Positions 1 to 13,700 of a stretch of 64,000 nt of DNA are shown in pieces. The position numbers and the translations under genes were made by a program. Each line of letters starts with the position of its first letter. Position 1 is the first letter of the stretch. The stretch is from Antedon mediterranea (Eukaryota > Animalia > Echinodermata): assembly GCF_964355755.1 (NCBI RefSeq), contig NC_092670.1, positions 24,414,795 through 24,478,794 of the forward strand, read 5' to 3'. The notes below the pieces were generated by a model. It did not search any database and was not told the origin of the DNA. It was given only the letters and a program-made list of their open reading frames with translations.

Positions 1-605
1 CGTAGCCTGTCACTTTTGACGTGCTCGTATAAGGCAATTACGCGTTGAAAAGTGAATAAAATATGATGATATTATTAAAGAAAGGTTGTACAACCGAAAT
101 CGGACAAAAAGAGTGCGCATTAACGTATAACGCGCAGTGCGCGTGCAAAAATCTGCGCACTCATGGCAATTTTTTAAACGCTTAAAATTGCCTGAAACGT
201 ACTCTAATTTCATCGAAAATAAATTTTGACAATTTTGAACATTTTAAGCGCGCGTACGCAAGCGTTATATGCGCTACGCACGTAATTGTATTGCCATATG
301 ATGAAATATGACCTGAAATTTATGAGTACCAAATTTTGTTTAATTGTGATTCATGCTTGTGAAGATATGATTACAAACGTGATTTCGTAAAATCGCGCGT
401 AGACCGCGTAATTTTTGATTACGCATCGTGAAAATATAACCACATCGATTCCTGGCCATAAGGAATATACTCTGAAAAATTGACTTAGATAGATGAAACT
501 GATATCAAGATAATTCACGGACAAAATAGTGCTAAGGAAAGAATAAATAAATAAAGATTTTGACAGAATCAAGAGGTTATATGCATGATAATGCATATAA
601 CCTAA
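1..605 (-). mobile_element. Non-autonomous Helentron family A copy A0 (partial; cap 556-605)
   Basis: A-type core, then (TAAA)n, then the palindromic cap AGGTTATATGCAT-gata-ATGCATATAACCT-aa. Confidence 0.85.
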
Positions 606-2018
606 CTAGATTTAATTCGTCACTATGACGAATTATAGGTTATATGCATTGATTTAAATAAAGATAATTGATTTTTAAAAGATATATTGATTGATTGATT
701 TTCTCAGAATCTTTAATTATTTATAATATATGATAGGACCTTGCTAACGCGAACACCATAGCCGGTATCACAATCCGATCAAAGATCCTTCTGCGTATAA
801 TGTCATAAACCGCATTTGTTGTTACATAATAATAAAGACATAAAGTAACTTTTTATCTAGATTTCATTATAAATCATGTGTATAATCTATACACTAAGAA
901 ATAAATTTGAACAATACGGATAATAAAAAAAAAATCTTATTTCGTTTTCCAAGGTGAGACTCGAACTCGGTACCTTGAATGCCATTGACACGAGCACAGA
1001 CCATCGAGCCATACACAACTGACTAAAAGTTGGAGAAAAATTCCTCCGTGTATTTACTATGCAGTAACCACTTTGGTGCAGATAGATTATTACATACCGC
1101 AATGAATTAAAATGTTTTACTATGATGACATCTTTAAAAATTTAAAAAAATGATGCACTGTCAAGCTATATACTTTTAACTTTAATATATGAACTTCTTA
1201 AGGAAGAAAGTTAACGTTAAGTTTGTTATTTTGGCCTAAGAAAATGTTATAATTTGTTTGATTGTCGAAATTAATTTTGTTAAATTTAATATGCCATTAA
1301 TGATGACTTAATCAACTTTTGTTCTTCTAATTTCATAATAAATCATACATATGATACATACACTTCAAGAAAATTAAATAAAAAATAGGTGTTCCCGAGC
1401 ATTCTAACGATATATATTAATTTTAAAATTTAGCATATTTTCACCATTTTGTTAACTTACACGTGCGTAGCCCGTCACTTTTGACGTGCTCGTATAACGC
1501 TGTTTCGCGTTGAAAAGTGAATAAAATATGATGATGTTATTAAAGAAAGGTTATACAACAGTAATCGGACACAAACAGTACGCATTAACGTTTGACGCGC
1601 AGTGCGCGTGCAAAAATCTGCGCAGTCACGGCAATTTTTTAAACGCTTAAAATTGCCTGAAACGTACTCTAATTTCATCGAAAATAAATTCTGTCAATTT
1701 TCAACATTTTAAGCGCGCGTACGCATGCGTTATATGCGCTACGCACGTAATTGTATTGCCATATGATGAAATATGACCTGAAATTTATGAGTACCAAATT
1801 TTGTTTAAAAGTGATTCATGTTTGTGAAGATATGATTACAAACGTGATTTCGTTAAATCGCGCGTAGACCGCGTAATTTTTGAATGCGCATCGTGAAAAC
1901 ATAACCACATCGATTCCTGGCCATAAGGAATATACTCTGAAAAATTGACTTAGATAGATGAAACTGATGCCAAGATAATTCACGGACAAATAGTGCTAAG
2001 GAAAGAATAAATAAATAA
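606..2018 (-). mobile_element. Family A copy A1 body (inferred cap 9156-9204)
   Basis: Begins CTAGA-ttt-AATTCGTCActaTGACGAATT hairpin, then subTIR AGGTTATATGCAT. Interrupted in (TAAA)n by B1. Confidence 0.85.
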
Positions 2019-5000
2019 CTAGATCTGTAACTCGTCACTTGAGGACGAGTTTGGTTATCCGCCCGTAACAAAACGTATCTTGCGCATTCAAGTACCTTTC
2101 AATCATGACTTTTCCAAAAAGTAGCCTATTCGAAATTAAAACTGCCCTTTCATTGTAATAACCAAATAAATCCTTTTATTTAATTGTTTTCCCGTGACGG
2201 GATTCGATCCCGGTACCTCTGATACCAAAGTCGATGGCACTACACATCGAGCCATATGAGCACCTGCTGAAGAGAATCCGAAGAAAGTTAACTCGTCCAT
2301 TCGGTATGTCGTGACCCACTCGATGCAAATAGATTATTACTTACCAAACTAAATCATAATTTTCACTATGATGAAATCTTCACAAATTTTAAACAGTGAC
2401 ATATTATGAAAGTGCACACTTGAAAGTTTTATATATTAACATGTGAAGAAAAAAGATAAACGTTATGTTTATTGTTTTGCTCTTTGAAAATGTTATTGTT
2501 TGTTTAATGATAAAAATTTCAAAAATTATATTTAATATGCAAATAATGTAGCCATCAAACACGTTTTAACATTCAACACTATAATAAATCAGACCTATGA
2601 TTCATACACTGCAAGAAAATAAAATAAAAAATAGGGGTAACCTTGCATTCTGATGACCTGTATCGTTTTTAAAAGTATACATATTTTGCAACATTTTCAC
2701 AATTTTTTAACATTTTACGTGCGCAACCAGTCATGTTTAACGTGCTCGTAGAACGCCATTTGAAGTTGAAAAGTGAATAAAATAACGTAAAATTGTTAAC
2801 CAAAGATTGAAAAACACAAATCGTGCAAAAGAAATGTTCATACGTGTTTCCTGCGCCGTGCGCGCGTAAAAATGTGCGCACCTGGTGGCAATTTTTCAAA
2901 CGCTTAAAATGACCTGAATCGTGCTCTAATTTAATCAGAAATTGATTTAGAGCATTTTAAAATTTCAAACGCCGTTTACTCGCCCACTTTCCAATGTTAC
3001 AAATTTCGGTAGCGATAAAAAAGTTAGCAATTGATGTGAAGCAAACATGGCTGAAATTTACGTTAAAAATATTCATCTGTTTCGAAGTTATGATCAACTT
3101 AGGATTTTCTGAAAATCACGCGTGACTTACGCTACGCGGTTCTGCCAGCGTCCAAAAGCTTGGCTGCACATCTTCAGCTAAATGTCTAAATGTTTACCAA
3201 GTTACAACATGTTATGTTAACAGGTTGCAGAGAAAAGCTGAACACAAAAATCGGCGGAAATAGAGAAGAATAATAAAAAACTAGATCTGAACTCGTCACT
3301 TGAGGACGAGTTTGGTTATCCGCCCGCAACAAAACGTATCTTGCGCATTCAAGTACTTTTCAGTTATGGCTTTTCCAAAAAGTAGCCAATTCGAAATTAA
3401 AACTGCCTTTTCAGTGTAACAACCAATTAAATCCTTTTATTAAATTGTTTTCCCGTGACGGGACTCGATCCCGGTACCTCTGATATCAAAGTCGGTGGCA
3501 CTACACATCGAGCCATATGAGCACCTGCTGAAGAAAATCCGATGAAAGTTTACTCGTTCATTCGGTATGTAGTGAACCACTCGATGCAAATAGATTGTTA
3601 CTTATCAAACTAAATCATAATTTTTACTATGAAGAAATCTTCACAAATTTTAAACAGTGACATATTATGAAAGTGCATACTTTTAAGTTTTATATATTAA
3701 CATGTGAAGAAAAAAGATAAACGTTATGTTTATTATTTTGCTCTTTGAAAATGTTTATGTTTGTTTGATGATAAAAATTTCAAAAATGATATTTAATATG
3801 CAAATAATGTAGCCACCAAACACGTTTTAACATTCGACACTATAATAAATCAGACCTATGATTCATACACTGCAAGAAAATAAAATAAAAAATGGAGGTA
3901 ACCTTGCATTCTGATGAACTGTATCATTTTTAAAAGTATACATATTTTGCAACATTTTCAAATTTTTTCAACATTTTACGTTTGCAACCAGTCATGTTTA
4001 ACGTGCTCGTAGAACGTCATTTCAAGTTGAAAAATGATTAAAATAACGTAAAATTAATAACCGAAGATTGAAAAACACAACTCGTGCAAAAGAAATGCTC
4101 ATACAAGTTCCCTGCGCCGTGCGCACGTAAAAATGTGCGCACCTGGTGGCAATTTTTCAAACCCTTAAAATGACCTGAATCGTGCTCTAATTTAATCAGA
4201 AATTGATTTGGAGCATTTTAAAATTTCAAAAGCCGTTTACGCGCGCACTTTCCAATGTTACAAATGTCGGTAGCAATAAAAAAGTTAGCAATTGATGTGA
4301 AGCAAACGTGGCTGGAAATTACGTTAAAAAATATTTATTTGTTTCGAAGTTATGATCAACTTAAGATTTTTAGAAATGCGTGCGTAACTTACGCTACGCG
4401 TATCTGACAGCGTCCAAAAGCTTCGCTGCACAACTTCAGTTAAATGTCTAAATGTTTACAAAGTTACAACATGTTATGTTAACACGTTGCAGAGAAAAGT
4501 TGAACACAAAAAGTGGCGGAAATATGGAAGAATAACTAGAACTTAAACTCGTCACTTGAGGACGAGTTTGGTTATCCGCCAGCAACAAAGCGTATCTTGC
4601 GTATTCAAGTACTTCCAAGTTATGACTTTTCCAAAAAAAGTAGGCTATTCAAAATTAAAACTGCCCTCTCAGTGTAATAACCAACTAAACCTTTTTAATT
4701 AATTGTTTTCCCGTGACGGGACTCGAACCCGGTACCTCTGATACCAAAGTCGGTTGCATTACACATCGAGCCATATGACCACCTGCTGACGAAAATCCGA
4801 AGAAAGAGTCCTCGTTCATTCGGTATGTCGTGAACCCCCTCGATGCAAGTTGATTATTACATATCAAACTTAAATCATAAATTTTACTATGATGAAATCT
4901 TCAAAAATTTGAAACGCTGATATTTTATGAAAGTACATACTTTCAAGTTTTATATATTAACATGTAAAGAAAAAAGATAAATGTTATGTTTATTGTTTTG

Positions 5001-7653
5001 CTCTTTGAATAAGTTTATGTTTGTTTGATGATAAATATTTCAAAAATTATATTTAATATGCAAATAATGTAGCCATCAAACACGTTTTAGCATTCAACAC
5101 TATAATAAATCAGACCTATGATTCATACACTGCAAGAAATTAAAATAAAAAATGGGGGTAACCTTGCATTCTGATGAACTGTTTCATTTTTAAAAGTAGA
5201 CATATTTTGCAACATTTTCACAATTTGTTGACGTTTTCGTGCGCAACCTGTCATGTTTAACGTGCTCGTAGAACGCCATTTCAAGTTGAAAAGTGAATAA
5301 AATAACGTAAAATTGTTAACCGAAGATTTAAAAACACAAATAGTGTAAAAGAAATGCTCATACGCGTTCCCTGCGCCGTGCGCGCGTAAAAATGTGCGCA
5401 CCAGTGGTAATTTTTTAAACGCTTAAAATGACCTGAATCGTGCTCTAATTTAATCAGAAATTGATTTGAAGCATTTTAAAATTCCAAACGCCATTTACGC
5501 GCGCACTTTCTAATGTTACAAATTGCGGTAGCGTTAAAAAAGTTAACTATTGATGTGAAGCAAACGTGGCTGAAAATGACGTTAAAAAATATTCATTTGT
5601 TTCGAAGTTATAACCAATTTAAGATTTTCAGAAAATCACGCGTACCTTACGCTACGCGGCTCTGACATCGTCAAAAAGCTTGGCTGGACAACTTCAGTAA
5701 AATGTCTAAATGCTGAACAAGTTACAACATATTATGTTTACACGTTGAAGAGAAACAGCGTGCAAAAAATAAGAAGAGTAAAATATTTCAAACGCAATTT
5801 ACGCGAAAACTTTCTAATCTCCAAAAATTTGTTAAACATTCCAAAAGTTAGCCATTGATGTGAAGAAAACGTGGCTGAAAATTTCGTTAAAAAATATTTA
5901 TCGGTTTCGAAGTTATGACCGATTTAAGATTTTCAGAAAATCGCGCGTAACTTACGCTACGCGGATCTGACATTGTCAAAAAGCTTGGCAGTACATCTTC
6001 AGTTAAATGTCTATATGTTGACGAAGTTACAACATGTTATGTTAACACGTTAAAGAGAAAACGCGTGCACAAAATCCGAGAAAGAAAGAAGAATAACTAG
6101 AACTTAAACTCGTCACTTGAGGACGAGTTTGGTTATCCGCCCGCAAAAAAACGTATCTTGTGCATTCAAGTACTTTTCAATCATGACTTTTCCAAAAAGT
6201 AGCCTATTCGAAATTAAAACTGCCCTTTCATTGTAATAACCATATAAATCCTTTTATTTAATTGGTTTCCCGTGACGAGATTCGATCCCGGTACCTCTGA
6301 TACCAAAGTCGGTTGCACTACACATCGAGCCATATGAGCAGCTGCCGAAGGAAATCCGAAGAAAGTTTACACGTTCATTCGGTATGTCGTGAACCACTCG
6401 ATGCAAATAGATTATTACTTAGCAAACTAAATCATAATTTTTACTATGATGAAATCTTCAAAAATGTTAAACAGTGACATATTATGAAAGTACATACTTT
6501 TAAGTTGTATATATTAACATGTGAAGAAAAAAGATAAACGTTACGTTTATTGTTTTGCTCCTTGAAAACGTTTATGTTTGTTTGATGATAAAAATTTCAA
6601 AAATTATATTTAATATGCAAATAATGTAGCCATTAAACACGTTTTAACATTCAACACTATAATAAATCAGACCTACAATTCATACACTGCAAGAAAATAA
6701 AATAAAAAATGGGGGTAACCTTGCATTCTGATGAACTGTTTCATTTTTAAAAGTAGACATATTTTGTAACATTTTCACAATTTGTTGACGTTTTCGTGCG
6801 CAACCTGTCATGTTTAACGTGCTCGTAGAACGCCATTTCAAGTTGAAAAGTGAATAAAATAACTTAAAAATGTTAACCAAAGATTTAAAAACACAAATCG
6901 TGTAAAAGAAATGTTCATACGCGTTTCCTGCGCCGTGCGCGCGTAAAAATGTGCGCACGAGTGGCAATTTTTTAAACGCTTAAAATGACCTGAATCGTGC
7001 TCTAATTTAATCAGAAATTGATTTGAAGCATTTTAAAATTTCAAACGCCATTTACGCGCGCACTTTCTAATGTTACAAATTGCGGTAGCGTTAAAAAAGT
7101 TAACTATTGATGTGAAGCAAACGTGGCTGAAAATGACGTTAAAAAATATTCATTTGTTTCGAAGTTATAACCGATTTAAGATTTTCAGAAAATCACGCGT
7201 AACTTACGCTACGCGGCTCTGACATCGTCAAAAACCTTGGCTGGACAACTTCAGTAAAATGTCTAAATGCTGAACAAGTTACAACATATTATGTTTACAC
7301 GTTGAAGAGAAACAGCGTGCACAAAATAAGAAGAGTAAAATATTTCAAACGCAATTTACGCGAAAACTTTCTAATCTCCAAACATTTGTTAAACAGTCTA
7401 AAAGTTAGCCATTGATGTGAAGAAAACGTGGCTGAAAATTTCGTTAAAAAATATTTATCGGTTTCGAAGTTATGACCGATTTAAGATTTTCAGAAAATCG
7501 CACGTAACTTACGCTACGCGGATCTGACATTGTCAAACAGCTTGGCAGTATATCTTCAGTTAAATGTCTATATGTTGACGAAGTTACAACATGTTATGTT
7601 AACACGTTAAAGAGAAAGCGCGTGCACAAAATCCGAGAAAGAAAGAAGAATAA
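2019..7653 (-). mobile_element. Four family B non-autonomous Helentron bodies: B1 2019-3280, B2 3281-4535, B3 4536-6096, B4 6097-7653
   Basis: Each begins CTAGA..AACTCGTC-acttgag-GACGAGTT hairpin plus subTIR GGTTATCCGC and ends in a GAAGAATAA tract. B3 and B4 carry a ~300 bp internal tandem duplication that B1 and B2 lack. Confidence 0.85.
4710..4780 (-). ncRNA. tRNA-derived A-box/B-box cassette (representative copy in B3; present in every A and B body that covers this region, e.g. 949-1019 and 2191-2262, and at 21423, 40704, 41038, 41381)
   Basis: Minus strand reads TGGCTCGATGTG (A box)...CGACTTTGGTATCAGAGGTACCGGGTTCGAGTCCC (B box GGTTCGAGTCC, T-arm GGG/CCC). No convincing acceptor stem, so it is not a functional tRNA gene. 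Confidence 0.6.
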
Positions 7654-9034
7654 CTAGATTTAATTCGTCACTATGACGAATTATAGGTTATATGCATTGA
7701 TTCAAATAAAGATAATTGATTGATTTAAGATATATTGATTGATTGATTTTCTCAGAATCATTAGTTATATATAATATATGACAGGATCTTGCTAACGCAA
7801 ATACAATAGCCGGTATCATAATCCGATCAAAGATCTTTCTGCGTATATAATGTCATAAACCACATTTGTGTTTTTATTTAGATTTCATTATAAATCATGT
7901 GTATAATCTATACACTAAGAAATATAATTGAACAACCAATACGGATAATAAAAAAAATCTTATTTCGTTTGGTTTCCCAAGGTGAGACTCGAACTCGGTA
8001 CTTGACTGCTATAGACACGAGCAAAGAACACCGAGCCATATACAACTGACTAAAAGTTATGGAAAAATTCCTCCGTGTATTTACTATGCAGTAACCACTT
8101 TGGTGCAGATAGATTATTACATACCGCAATGAATTATAATGTTTTACTATGATGACAGCTTTAAAAATTTAAAAAAATGATGCACTGTCAAACTATATAC
8201 TTTTAACTTTAATATATGAACTTCTTAAGGATGAAAGTTAATGTTAAGTTTGTTATTTTGACTTAAGAAAATGTTATAATTTGTTTGATTGTCGAAATTA
8301 ATTTTGTTAAATTTAATATGCCATTAATGATGACTTAATCAACTTTTGTTCTTCTAATTTCATAATAAATCATACATATGATACATACACTTCAAGAAAA
8401 TTAAATAAAAAATAGGTGTTCCCGAGCATTGTAACGATATATATTAATTTTAAAATTTAGAATATTTTCACCATTTTGTTAACTTATACGTGCGTAGCCT
8501 GTCACTTTTGACGTGCTCGTATAACGCTGTTTCGCGTTGAAAAGTGAATAAAATATGATGATATTATTAAAGAAAGGTTATACAACAGTAATCGGAAAAA
8601 AACAGTGCGCATTAACGTTTGACGCGCAGTGCGCGTGCAATAATCTGCGCACTCATGGCAATTTTTTAAACGCTTAAAATTGCCTGAAACGTACTCTAAT
8701 TTCATCGAAAATAAATTCTGACAATTTTCAACATTTTAAGCGCGCGTACGCATGCGTTATATGCGCTACGCACGTAATTGTATTGCCATATGATGAAATA
8801 TGACCTGAAATTTATGAGTACCAAATTTTGTTTAAAAGTGATTCATGTTTGTGAAGATATGATTACAAACGTGATTTCGTTAAATCGCGCGTAGACCGCG
8901 TAATTTTTGATTGCGCACCGTGAAAACATAACCACATCGATTCCTGGCCATAAGGAATATACTCTGAAAAATTGACTTAGATAGATAAAACCGATGCCAA
9001 GATAATTGACGGACAAATAGTGCTAAGGAAAGAA

Positions 9035-9081
<47 letters not shown>

Positions 9082-9131
9082 AGATTCTGACAGAATCAAG
9101 AGGTTATATGCATATCATGCATATAACCTAA
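7654..9131 (-). mobile_element. Complete family A copy A2
   Basis: CTAG/hairpin end at 7654, long (TAAA)n at about 9034-9081, cap 9083-9131. Confidence 0.88.
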
Positions 9132-9204
9132 TAAATAAATAAAGAAATAAATAAAGATTCTGACAGAATCAAGAGGTTATATGCATATCATGCATATAAC
9201 CTAA

Positions 9205-10762
9205 CTAGATCTAAACTCGTCACTTGAGGACGAGTTTGGTTATCCGCCCGTAACAAAACGTATCTTGCGTATTCAAGTACTTTTCAGTTGTGACTTTTCC
9301 AAAAAGTAGCCTATTCGAAATTAAAACTGCCTTTTCAGTGTAATAACCAAACAAATCCTTTTATTTATTTGTTTTCCCGTGATGGGATTCGAACCCGGTA
9401 CCTCTGATACCAAAGTCGGTTGCATTACACATCGAGCCATATGACCACCTGCTGACAAAAATCCGAAGAAAGAGTCCTCGTTCATTCGGTATGTCGTGAA
9501 CCCCCTCGATGCAAGTTGATTATTACATATCAAACTTAAATCATAAATTTTACTATGATGAAATCTTCAAAAATTTTAAACGCTGATATTTTATGAAAGT
9601 ACATACTTTCAAGTTTTATATATTAACATGTAAAGAAAAAAGATAAATGTTATGTTTATTGTTTTGCTCTTTGAATAAGTTTATGTTTGTTTGATGATAA
9701 ATATTTCAAAAATTATATTTAATATGCAAATAATGTAGCCATCAAACACGTTTTAGCATTCAACACTATAATAAATCAGACCTATGATTCATACACTGCA
9801 AGAAATTAAAATAAAAAATGGGGGTAACCTTGCATTCTGATGAACTGTTTCATTTTTAAAAGTAGACATATTTTGGAACATTTTCACAATTTGTTGACGT
9901 TTTCGTGCGCAACCTGTCATGTTTAACGTGCTCGTAGAACGCCATTTCAAGTTGAAAAGTGAATAAAATAACGTAAAATTGTTAACCGAAGATTTAAAAA
10001 CACAAATCGTGTAAAAGAAATGCTCATACCTGTTCCCTGCGCCGTGCGCGCGTAAAAATGTGCGCACCAGTGGCAATTTTTTAAACGCTTAAAATGACCT
10101 GAATCGTGCTCTAATTTAATCAGAAATGGATTTGAAGCATTTTAAAATTTCAAACGCCATTTACGCGCGCACTTTCTAATGTTACAAATTGCGGTAGCAT
10201 TAAAAAAGTTAACTATTGATGTGAAGCAAACGTGGCTGAAAATGACGTTAAAAAATATTCATTTGTTTCGAAGTTATAACCAATTTAAGATTTTCAGAAA
10301 ATCACGCGTAACTTACGCTACGCGGCTCTGACATCGTCAAAAAGATTGGCTGGACAACTTCAGTAAAATGTCTATATGTTAAACAAGTTACAAAATGTTA
10401 TGTTAACGCGTTACAGAGAAACAGCGTGCACAAATTAGGAGCATTTTAAAATTTCAAACGCAGTTTACGCGCAGACTTTCTAGTGTTCAAAAATTTGCTG
10501 AAGAGCGAAAAGGTTAGCCATTGATGTGAAGAAAACGTGGCTGAAAATTTCGTTAAAAAATATTTATCGGTTTCGAAGTTATGACCGATTTAAGATTTTC
10601 AGAAAATCGCGCGTAACTTACGCTACGCGGATCTGACATTGTCAAAAAGCTTGGCAGTACATCTTCAGTTAATTGTCAATATGTTGACCAAGTTACAAAA
10701 TGTTACGTTAACACGTTCAAGAGAAAACGCGTACACAAAATCTGAGAAAGAAAGAAGAATAA
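9205..10762 (-). mobile_element. Family B copy B5 body
   Basis: B-type hairpin/subTIR at 9205. Interrupted at GAAGAATAA by A3. Confidence 0.85.
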
Positions 10763-13700
10763 CTAGATTTAATTCGTCACTATGACGAATTATAGGTTAT
10801 ATGCATTGATAATTTAAATAAAGATAATTGATTTTTAAAAGATATTTTGATTCATTGATTTTCTCAGATTTTTTAATTATTTATAATATATGATAGGACC
10901 TTGCTAACGCGAATACAATAGCCGGTATCACAATCCGATCAAAGATCCCTCTGCGTATAATGTCATAAACCACATTTGCTGTTACATAATAATAAAGACA
11001 TAAGTTATTTTTTATCTAGATTTCATTATAAATCATGTGTATAATCTATACACTAAGAAATAAATTTGAACAAACAATACGGATAATAAAAAAAAAATCT
11101 TATTCCGTTTCCCAAGGTGAGACTCGATCTCGGTACCTTGAGTGCCATAGACACGAGCACACACCACCGAGCCATACACAACTGACTAAAAATTTTAGAA
11201 AAATTCCTCCGTGTATTTACTATGCAGTAACCACTTTGGTGCAGATAGATTATTACATACCGCAATGAATTATAATTTTTTACTATGATGACAACTCTAA
11301 AAATGTACAAAAATGATGCACTGTCAAACTATATACTTTTAACTTTAATATATGAACTTTTGAAGGAAGAAAGTTAATGTTAAGTTTGTTATTTTGGCCT
11401 AAGAAAATGTCATAATTTGTTTGATTGTCGAAATGAATTTTTTTTAATTTAATATGCAATTAATTATGGCTTAATCAACTTTTGTTCCCTTAGTTTAATA
11501 ATAAATCATACATAAGATACATACACTTCAAGAAAATGAAATAAAAAATATGTGTTCCCGAGCATTCTGACGATCTATATTAATTTTAAAATTTAGCATA
11601 TTTTCACCATTTTGTTAACTTACACGTGCGTAGCCTGTCACTTTTGACGTGCTCGTATAAGGCAATTACGCGTTGAAAAGTGAATAAAATATGATGATAT
11701 TATTAAAGAAAGGTTGTACAACCGGAATCGGACAAAAAGAGTGCGCATTAACGTATAACGCGCAGTGCGCGTGCAAAAATCTGCGCACTAATGGCAATTT
11801 TTTAAACGCTTAAAATTGCATGAAACGTACTCTAATTTCATCGAAAATAAATTTTGACAATTTTGAACATTTTAAGCGCGCGTACGCAAGCGTTATATGC
11901 GCTACGCACGTAATTGTATTGCCATATGATGAAATATGACCTGAAATTTATGAGTACCAAATTTTGTTTAATTGTGATTCATGCTTGTGAAGATATGATT
12001 ACAAACGTGATTTCGTAAAATCGCGCGTAGACCGCGTAATTTTTGATTACGCATCGTGAAAATATAACCACATCGATTCCTGGCCATAAGGAATATACTC
12101 TGAAAAATTGACTTAGATAGATGAAACTGATATCAAGATAATTCACGGACAAAATAGTGCTAAGGAAAGAATAAATAAACTAGATTTAATTCGTCACTAT
12201 GACGAATTATAGGTTATATGCATTGATAATTAAAATAAAGATAATTGATTTTTAAAAGATATTTTGATTCATTGATTTTCTCAGATTCTTTAATTATTTA
12301 TAATATATGATAGGACCTTGCTAACGCGAATACAATAGCCGGTATCACAATCCGATCAAAGATCCCTCTGCGTATAATGTCATAAACCACATTTGCTGTT
12401 ACATAATAATAAAGACATAAGTTATTTTTTATCTAGATTTCATTATAAATCATGTGTATAATATATACACTAAGAAATAAATTTGAACAAACAATACGGT
12501 TAATAAAAAAAAAATCTTATTTCGTTTCCCAAGGTGAGACTCGATCTCGGTACCTGGAGTGCCATAGACACGAGCACACACCACCGAGCCATACACAACT
12601 GTCTAAAAATTGTAGAAAAACTTCCTCCGTGTATTTACTATGCAGTAACCACTTTGATGCAGATAGATTATTACATACCGCAATGAATTATAATTTTTTA
12701 CTATGATGACATCTCTAAAAATGTACAAAAATGATGCACTGTCAAACTATATACTTTTAACTTTAATATATGAACTTTTGAAGGATGAAAGTTAATGTTA
12801 AGTTTGTTATTTTGGCCTAAGAAAATGTCATAATTTGTTTGATTGTCGAAATTATTTTTTTTAATTTAATATGCAATTAATCATGGCTTAATCAACTTTT
12901 GTTCACTTAGTTTAATAATAAATCATACATAAGATACATACACTTCAAGAAAATGAAATAAAAAATATGTGTTCCCGAGCATTCTGACGATCTATATTAA
13001 TTTTAAAATTTAGCATATTTTCACCATTTTGTTAACTTACACGTGCGTAGCCTGTCACTTTTGACGTGCTCGTATAAGGCAATTACGCGTTGAAAAGTGA
13101 ATAAAATATGATGATATTATTAAAGAAAGGTTGTACAACCGAAATCGGACAAAAAGAGTGCGCATTAACGTATAACGCGCAGTGCGCGTGCAAAAATCTG
13201 CGCACTCATGGCAATTTTTTAAACGCTTAAAATTGCCTGAAACGTACTCTAATTTCATCGAAAATAAATTTTGACAATTTTGAACATTTTAAGCGCGCGT
13301 ACGCAAGCGTTATATGCGCTACGCACGTAACTGTATTGCCATATGATGAAATATGACCTGAAATTTATGAGTACCAAATTTTGTTTAATTGTGATTCATG
13401 CTTGTGAATATATGATTACAAACGTGATTTCGTAAAATCGCGCGTAGACCGCGTAATTTTTGATTACGCATCGTGAAAATATAACCACATCGATTCCTGG
13501 CCATAAGGAATATACTCTGAAAAATTGACTTAGATAGATGAAACTGATATCAAGATAATTCACGGACAAAATAGTGAAAAGGAAAGAATAAATAAATAAA
13601 GATTTTGACAGAATCAAGAGGTTATATGCATGATAATGCATATAACCTAATAAACTAGATTTAATTCGTCACTATGACGAATTATAGGTTATATGCATTG

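Noticed and set aside
2191-2262. Functional tRNA gene cluster
   Set aside because: A/B boxes and a T-arm are present, but there is no pairing acceptor stem or clean anticodon stem. Treated as a tRNA-derived cassette.
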